Shown one piece after another: positions 27,744 to 33,127 of a stretch of DNA of 33,127 nt. Within the stretch, counting starts at the first letter, position 1. Every line of letters starts with the position of its first letter. The stretch is from Candidatus Adlerbacteria bacterium (GTDB taxonomy: Bacteria > Patescibacteriota > Minisyncoccia > Phycocordibacterales > SBAW01). The translations under genes were made by a program, and so were the position numbers. The notes beneath the pieces were generated by a model that had not been told where the DNA came from, made no database searches, and was given only the letters and a program-made list of their open reading frames with translations. The DNA lies in the NCBI GenBank assembly GCA_903915735.1, contig CAIWUA010000047.1:1-33127 (forward strand), read 5' to 3'.

Positions 27744-28352
27744 ATGAATACAAACAACGATAATAATAAGCAGACAGGACTTAGTTGGTCGGCACCACAA
27801 AACACACCCAAACCTTTTATGCCGCCGGTAAAACCTGCCGTTGTGCCAGTGACGGTTAAAAGCAACACTAATAATAACGCTGCAAAAATAGTCGGTTGGC
27901 TCGCTGTCGGTGTAGTCGCAGGTGTAGTTATTGCGTGGGGTGCAACATTGCTCTTTAAGCACGGTAACCAAACTCCGGTTAATAGTGCGGTACAAAATGC
28001 CACGTCCACAGCAGCAACCAACACTACATCCAACACCACTTCGACATTAATTGTCCCGACGCCGCAAAAGGCAGGACTCTCGGTCACGATAGAAAATGCG
28101 TCGGTGTCCGCGCCGACCTGGGTCGTAGTGTATGAGAGTCTTGATGGCAAACCGGGCAATGTGCTTGGTGCGGCTATCTTTAGTGCCGATCATAGCTCGG
28201 GCACGGTAGACCTTTTGCGCGGTACTATGGCAGGACAGACCTACTTTGTTACCGAGCAGAGCGACAACGGCGATCGCAGGTTTTCGCTTAAGGACGACAC
28301 GCTCGTTACGGTAGATAGTCAGCCGGTATGGGTCAGCTTTACTGCTAATTAA
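27744..28352 (+). CDS. Single-TM exported protein with Thr/Asn-rich linker and beta-rich domain
   Basis: One TM, low-complexity linker, Q.AG..V......V..P.WVVV.E...G.PG.VLGA domain. Confidence 0.8.
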   Translation: MNTNNDNNKQTGLSWSAPQNTPKPFMPPVKPAVVPVTVKSNTNNNAAKIVGWLAVGVVAGVVIAWGATLLFKHGNQTPVNSAVQNATSTAATNTTSNTTSTLIVPTPQKAGLSVTIENASVSAPTWVVVYESLDGKPGNVLGAAIFSADHSSGTVDLLRGTMAGQTYFVTEQSDNGDRRFSLKDDTLVTVDSQPVWVSFTAN

Positions 28353-28361
28353 TTAAAAAAT

Positions 28362-28835
28362 ATGCATCCAATACTCCAGTCAGAGGTAGTGCTTGAGCTT
28401 ATTGTCGCAACCGTGCTCGGCGCTGTGCTCGGGTTTGAGCGCTCGCTTGCAGGCAAACACGCCGGCATGCGCACCTATGCGCTGGTGTCGATGGGGTCGT
28501 GCCTGTTTACCGTCGCGGGGACATTGGCTGCGTTTGAGTTGTCGATATTTTCGGCCATCAATCCGCTGCTCATCGCCTCATCGGTGGTGGTCGGCATCGG
28601 CTTTATCGGTGCAGGGCTCTCGGCTACGCACGGCGAGGGCAACAACCATGCCGAGCTTACTACCGCCTCGGGTATCTGGGTCGCAGCGGGCATTGGTATG
28701 GCGGTTGCGTTTGGTTTTTACAGCATCGCAATCGCAGCCACCCTGCTTGGGCTGCTTACCTTTTCTCTCTTGGCAAACGTCGAACGTCGTTTGCGGCTCC
28801 GTTTTGGCGCAAAATATACCGAGAACAATAATTAA
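28362..28835 (+). CDS. MgtC/SapB family membrane protein
   Basis: LG.ER....K.AGMRT.ALV..GS.LF, VV.GIGFIGAG and LTTASGIW..A.IGMA. Confidence 0.92.
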   Translation: MHPILQSEVVLELIVATVLGAVLGFERSLAGKHAGMRTYALVSMGSCLFTVAGTLAAFELSIFSAINPLLIASSVVVGIGFIGAGLSATHGEGNNHAELTTASGIWVAAGIGMAVAFGFYSIAIAATLLGLLTFSLLANVERRLRLRFGAKYTENNN

Positions 28836-28880
28836 GGTAGAATGGCTCTATGAGCCCCGTTGGAGGAGCTCTCCAACAAA

Positions 28881-29747
28881 ATGAGTAAGTTCTACAAGCC
28901 CAACCGTAACCCCGACTACAGCTACGGGGGGCCTCGCTGGACGCTGTCTCGCTCTAAAATTGACCTCTTTATGGAGTGTCAACGGTGCTTTTACCTCGAC
29001 AACAAGCTTGGGGTGGCGCGGCCGCCCGGCTATCCGTTTAACCTCAACTCGGCGGTCGACGCGCTGCTAAAAAAAGAGCTCGACACCCACCGTGCGCAGG
29101 GCACACAGCACCCGCTTGCTAAGCAGTATGGGCTCGACGCTATCCCGCTTAACCATGAGCGCATGGATGAGTGGCGCGATGCGCTTAAGCGGGGAGTCAA
29201 GACGGTGCACCAAGCAACCGGGCTTACGGTGCGCGGCGGTGTCGACGACATTTGGATCAACAAAGACGGCGAGCTTATCGTCATCGACTACAAAGCCACC
29301 AGCAAAGACGCCAAAATAGAGTCACTTGACGAAGAGTGGCACCGCGGCTACAAGCGTCAGCTCGAGGTGTATCAGTGGTTGTTGCGCCAAAACGGGTTTA
29401 AAGTGTCCGACACGGGGTATTGGTTTTATGCCAATGCCACCAAAGACCGCGAGGCGTTTGACGGCAGGCTCGATTTTGAGTTAACGTTGGTGCCCTACAC
29501 CGGCTCGACCGACTGGGTCGATGGCGCCCTGATGCAATTAAAGGCTTGTTTAGACAGCGACACATTGCCCGCCTCCGGCACCGACTGCGACTATTGCCGC
29601 TATCGCGAGGCCGCCGGCAAGGCACTGCTGCCGTTTGGCTCGCGCTCGACACCTGCTGCAGAGTCTGCACCCGGCATCTTGCCCGGCAAAAAAATTGCGC
29701 ATGAAAAAGAAAAGGCAACCGACAACCCGACCGCGCACCTCTTTTAA
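28881..29747 (+). CDS. PD-(D/E)XK nuclease superfamily protein (RecB/Cas4-like, Cys-bracketed)
   Basis: SRSKI..F.ECQRCFY, GGVDD, IDYKAT, QLEVY and CDYCRY motifs. Confidence 0.85.
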   Translation: MSKFYKPNRNPDYSYGGPRWTLSRSKIDLFMECQRCFYLDNKLGVARPPGYPFNLNSAVDALLKKELDTHRAQGTQHPLAKQYGLDAIPLNHERMDEWRDALKRGVKTVHQATGLTVRGGVDDIWINKDGELIVIDYKATSKDAKIESLDEEWHRGYKRQLEVYQWLLRQNGFKVSDTGYWFYANATKDREAFDGRLDFELTLVPYTGSTDWVDGALMQLKACLDSDTLPASGTDCDYCRYREAAGKALLPFGSRSTPAAESAPGILPGKKIAHEKEKATDNPTAHLF

Positions 29748-30003
29748 ATCGTTTAGCGAGCGAGTGTGTTTGGTCGTGGCTAAAATCCCCAAGGGCAAAA
29801 CATTGTCATACAAACAGGTGGCGGCCAAAGCCGGCAACGCCAAAGCGGCGCGCGCCGTCGGTACGATCATGGCACACAACTACAACCCTAAGATCCCGTG
29901 CCACCGCGTCGTGCGCTCAGACGGCGGGGTAGGCGACTACAACCGCGGCGGCCCCATGCGTAAAATGGAACTGCTGATGGAGGAGGCTTACAGTTTGCGG
30001 TAA
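29701..30003 (+). CDS. MGMT/Ogt family methylated-DNA--protein-cysteine methyltransferase (single domain)
   Basis: IPKG...SY..VA..AG..KAARAVG and PCHRV active site. Start uncertain; in-frame ATG 29701 overlaps the upstream gene. Confidence 0.85.
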   Translation: MKKKRQPTTRPRTSFKSFSERVCLVVAKIPKGKTLSYKQVAAKAGNAKAARAVGTIMAHNYNPKIPCHRVVRSDGGVGDYNRGGPMRKMELLMEEAYSLR

Positions 30004-30012
30004 TATACGCAC

Positions 30013-30504
30013 ATGGACAACACTTTTTTGCACGAGGTTGCTATTACCGCCATTATTATCAAAGATGGCAAATATTTAATTACCCGCCGCTCGCCGAACA
30101 AAAAGCGCTTCCCGGGCATGTGGACGGTCCCCGGCGGTCGGCTCGAGGCCAAAGACTATTTAGCTCTGCCAAAAGATACCGAATTTTATTGGTACAACGT
30201 ACTTGAACGCGTTTTAGAGCGCGAGGTCAAAGAAGAGGTAGGTCTTACCATCAAAAACGTGCAGTACCTCACAAGTCTTGCGACCGTACATAAAGACGGC
30301 AGCCCCTCTATCGTGATCTCGTGCGTGGCAGACTATGACAGTGGCGAGGTGACGCTGCAAAAAGAAGAGACGGATGATTTTGCTTGGGTCACTACTGAAG
30401 AGTCAAAGCAATACCAACTCTTAGACGGTATCTTTGAGGAATTTGTGCAGATAGACAAGTTGAAGAAAACTGGTATTAAACCTCTATGGGAACGGGCGAA
30501 ATAA
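30013..30504 (+). CDS. NUDIX hydrolase
   Basis: W.VPGG...REVKEEVGL Nudix box containing an insertion. Confidence 0.9.
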   Translation: MDNTFLHEVAITAIIIKDGKYLITRRSPNKKRFPGMWTVPGGRLEAKDYLALPKDTEFYWYNVLERVLEREVKEEVGLTIKNVQYLTSLATVHKDGSPSIVISCVADYDSGEVTLQKEETDDFAWVTTEESKQYQLLDGIFEEFVQIDKLKKTGIKPLWERAK

Positions 30505-31169
30505 AACTCGAAGCTTCGTGGAAGGCGGCTTTGGCGGAGGAGTTTGGCAAAGAGTATTTTAAAAATCTTTCTGACTTTGTCCGTGGCGAATACACACACG
30601 GAGTAGTCTACCCGCCGCCCAAAAATATTTTTAGGGCTTTTGATTTGTGTCCGTTCGATAAAGTAAAAGTTGTGATACTCGGCCAAGATCCGTACCACGG
30701 CCCGGGCCAAGCCAACGGCCTCTGCTTTGCGGTGGGTGAGGGAGTTGCCCTGCCGCCGTCACTACAAAACATATACAAAGAACTCGCAGCAGAAACGGGC
30801 GCGCCCTTCGAAGCCTTGGCGAAGAAGGGGGACTTGGAACGCTGGGCTAAGCAGGGAGTGTTGCTTTTAAATGCAACGCTTACCGTGTCGGCCAAGAGCC
30901 CCGGCTCGCATCAAAAAAAGGGGTGGGAGGAGTTTACCGACGCGGCTATTAAAGCGCTGTCAGAGCAAAAAGAGCATCTGGTGTTTATTTTGTGGGGCAA
31001 CTATGCGCGGCAAAAAGGCGCACACATAGACCGCGCCAAACATTGTGTTATCGAGTCGCCGCATCCGTCGCCCTTTTCGGCCTACTCGGGCTTCTTCGGC
31101 TCAAAACCCTTTAGCAAAACCAACGCGTATTTAAAAAAGACGGGCCAAAAACCAATCGATTGGCTTTAG
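30486..31169 (+). CDS. ung: Uracil-DNA glycosylase (family 1)
   Basis: VVILGQDPYHG, GLCF, PPSLQNI, QGVLLLNA.LTV, LWG and HPSP.S motifs. Confidence 0.97.
   Translation: MGTGEIKLEASWKAALAEEFGKEYFKNLSDFVRGEYTHGVVYPPPKNIFRAFDLCPFDKVKVVILGQDPYHGPGQANGLCFAVGEGVALPPSLQNIYKELAAETGAPFEALAKKGDLERWAKQGVLLLNATLTVSAKSPGSHQKKGWEEFTDAAIKALSEQKEHLVFILWGNYARQKGAHIDRAKHCVIESPHPSPFSAYSGFFGSKPFSKTNAYLKKTGQKPIDWL
30804..30829 (+). repeat. 26-bp hairpin element (EALAKKG type) inside ung
   Basis: CCCTTC-GAA-GCC-TT-GGC-GAA-GAAGGG; matches 814-839. Confidence 0.9.
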
Positions 31170-33122
31170 TTACCAAATTTCGGCGCGGGTTTTGGGGTCG
31201 CGATAGAGCTTGTCGCCTTTTTTAAGATTGAAGGCTTTATAAAACGGCTCAAAGTTAGAGAGCGGGCCGTTGATGCGCCACACGGGGTTTGCGTGTGGGT
31301 CGGTAAGTGCGAGCAACTTTTTAATCTCAGGACGAGATGTTTCTTGTTCTGCCTGTGCAAAGCCGAAGAAAAACCGCTGTTCGGGCGAAAGGCCGGCAAT
31401 AGTTTTTCGCTCATGCTTGGCAAGATAGCGTTGGTAAGCCTCGTAGCCGATTACCAGCCCGCCCATGTCGGCGATATTTTCGCCCAAGGTCAACTGGCCG
31501 TTGAGCTTGACGCCCGGCTCGACCTCAAACGTGTTGGCTTGCGCGACAAAGCGTTTGGCCTTGAGCATGAACCGTTTGCGGTCCGCGGCAGTCCACCAAC
31601 TTTTCATGTTGCCTTTGCCGTCAAACTTTGAGCCCTGGTCGTCAAAGCCGTGGGTTATTTCGTGACCAATCACCGCGCCAATGGCTGCATAGTTAACGGC
31701 CGCATCGGCCTTAGGGTCAAAAAAGGGCCATTGCAGTATTGCCGCGGGGAAGACAATTTCGTTCATGTTAAAGCTGCAGTAGGCGTTGACGGTTTGCGGC
31801 GTCATGAGCCACTCGTTGCGGTCGATAGGCTTGCGCAGTTTGGCCATCTGCTTGCGGTGGTGCCACTCCTCGGCGCGCAGCATGTTGCCAAAGTGGTCGT
31901 CGGGATTCAGCACAAGCCCGCGGTACTGCTCCCACTTGTCGGGGTAGGCTATTTTGCGATTCATGGCGTGCAGCTTGAGTATCGCCTTGCGCTTGGTTGC
32001 TGCCGACATCCAGTCGAGCTGCTTGATGCGCGCTTCGTACGCGTCAAAAAGATCGGTGACCAGCGCGCCCATGGCGCGCTTAGACTCGGCGGGGAAGTAG
32101 CGCTCGACATACAGCTTACCGAGCGCCTCGCCCACAGCGCCGGTTGCCCCAAGCGCGCGGCGCCACAGCGGGCGCATCTTTTTTTGGCCGGTCAGCACCT
32201 GGTTGTACGAAAAGTTTTCTTTAATAAACCGCTCCGACAGTAAACCCGACAGGTCGCTTATCACATGCCACTCCATATACAACTTCCAATCCTCGAGCGG
32301 GATGGTTTTGATCATCGCGCTCACCGCTTTAAAAAAGTCTGGTTGCCCGACCACCAGCTCTTTAATACCGGCGGCGTGGGTGTGTGCCGCATACTGTGCC
32401 CACTTAATCTCGGGCGCGAGCTTTTGGAGTTGGGCGAGCGTGTATTTGTGATAGACCTTTTCGGCGTCGCGGGTGTCCTCTTTGCGCATAGCGGCTTTGG
32501 CCAGCTTGGTCTCTATGCGCATCACGGCAGTTTGCATGGCTGACACTTCTGCGGCGCCAAGCCCTGCAAGCTTAAGCAGCCGGCCCATGTGCGCCACATA
32601 GGCGTCGCGCACGCGCTTTTGCTCGGGCGTATCAAGCAGGTAGTAGTCGCGCTCCGGCATGCCTATCCCGCCTTGCCACAGGTGCAATAAATAGCGCTCG
32701 GAGTTTTTAGCGTCTTGGTCAATAATCGTGCCCCAGCACACCGAGACACCAAGCACATGCAGCTTGGCGATGGTTTTAAGCAACTCGTCTTTGGTGCTGA
32801 TGTCGCGCACCATCAAACGCCAGGGCGCCATCGGGCCGATGCCGAGCTTGTTGCGCGCCGGCAAATCGGCGGCGGCAACATACGCGTCGTGCACCAGCTG
32901 CGCGGGCGAGCCGGGCTTAAACTTTTTTTGCTTCAGCAATTCTTGCACCAACGTGCGCAGCTGGGTGTCTGTTTTATACCGAAGCACGATAAATGCACCC
33001 CAGCGCGACTCCTCGGCCGGTATTTTGACTTTTTTGAGCCAGCCGCCGTTAGCATAATTAAAAAAATCATCCTGCGGCCGCAATTTTTTATCTATATTTT
33101 TTATATCGAAGCCCCAATACAT
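31170..33122 (-). CDS. M13 family zinc metallopeptidase (PepO/neprilysin-like); may extend past the right edge
   Basis: PQDDFF.YANG.W, VNAY, HEITHGFDDQG, GENIAD.GG and DPH motifs. Confidence 0.95.
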   Translation of the reverse strand: MYWGFDIKNIDKKLRPQDDFFNYANGGWLKKVKIPAEESRWGAFIVLRYKTDTQLRTLVQELLKQKKFKPGSPAQLVHDAYVAAADLPARNKLGIGPMAPWRLMVRDISTKDELLKTIAKLHVLGVSVCWGTIIDQDAKNSERYLLHLWQGGIGMPERDYYLLDTPEQKRVRDAYVAHMGRLLKLAGLGAAEVSAMQTAVMRIETKLAKAAMRKEDTRDAEKVYHKYTLAQLQKLAPEIKWAQYAAHTHAAGIKELVVGQPDFFKAVSAMIKTIPLEDWKLYMEWHVISDLSGLLSERFIKENFSYNQVLTGQKKMRPLWRRALGATGAVGEALGKLYVERYFPAESKRAMGALVTDLFDAYEARIKQLDWMSAATKRKAILKLHAMNRKIAYPDKWEQYRGLVLNPDDHFGNMLRAEEWHHRKQMAKLRKPIDRNEWLMTPQTVNAYCSFNMNEIVFPAAILQWPFFDPKADAAVNYAAIGAVIGHEITHGFDDQGSKFDGKGNMKSWWTAADRKRFMLKAKRFVAQANTFEVEPGVKLNGQLTLGENIADMGGLVIGYEAYQRYLAKHERKTIAGLSPEQRFFFGFAQAEQETSRPEIKKLLALTDPHANPVWRINGPLSNFEPFYKAFNLKKGDKLYRDPKTRAEIW

Positions 33123-33127
33123 GTGTG

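Overview
A gene-dense 33 kb bacterial chromosomal window, most likely from a Patescibacteria/CPR (Parcubacteria-like) organism. That placement is inferred from the DUF5667-like, DUF5671-like, T4SS-pilin-like and sigma70-R4/HARE-HTH genes and from several trimmed core proteins. The window carries the 3' end of uvrA, then uvrC, ddl, a pterin carbinolamine dehydratase, five tRNAs (Ala-TGC, Val-CAC, Pro-CGG, Ala-CGC, Ala-GGC), cytochrome bd oxidase cydAB, a full F1Fo ATP synthase operon, a flavodoxin-fold NAD(P)H oxidoreductase, ychF, leuS, mltG, mnmA, a nuclease-MGMT-Nudix-ung repair cluster and an M13 peptidase. The most striking unexplained signal is a set of short DNA elements embedded in-frame in variable loops of unrelated housekeeping proteins. 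These are a 15-bp palindrome GGACATC(C/G)GATGTCC (5 copies in uvrC, atpG, leuS x2 and mnmA, always read as (R/G)TSDV), a 26-bp hairpin (uvrC and ung, read as EALAKKG) and a (TTGAAAA)4 heptamer array (uvrC and leuS). Other observations are a promoter- and terminator-bounded ~110-nt structured RNA candidate after ychF, an unannotated 53-aa Zn-ribbon ORF behind a perfect sigma70 promoter, apparent leaderless transcription of core genes (including two palindromic bidirectional -10 elements), SD-led orphan single-gene cassettes, and internal deletions in Ddl, YchF and CydB. All family assignments come from motif recognition by eye; no database searches were run.
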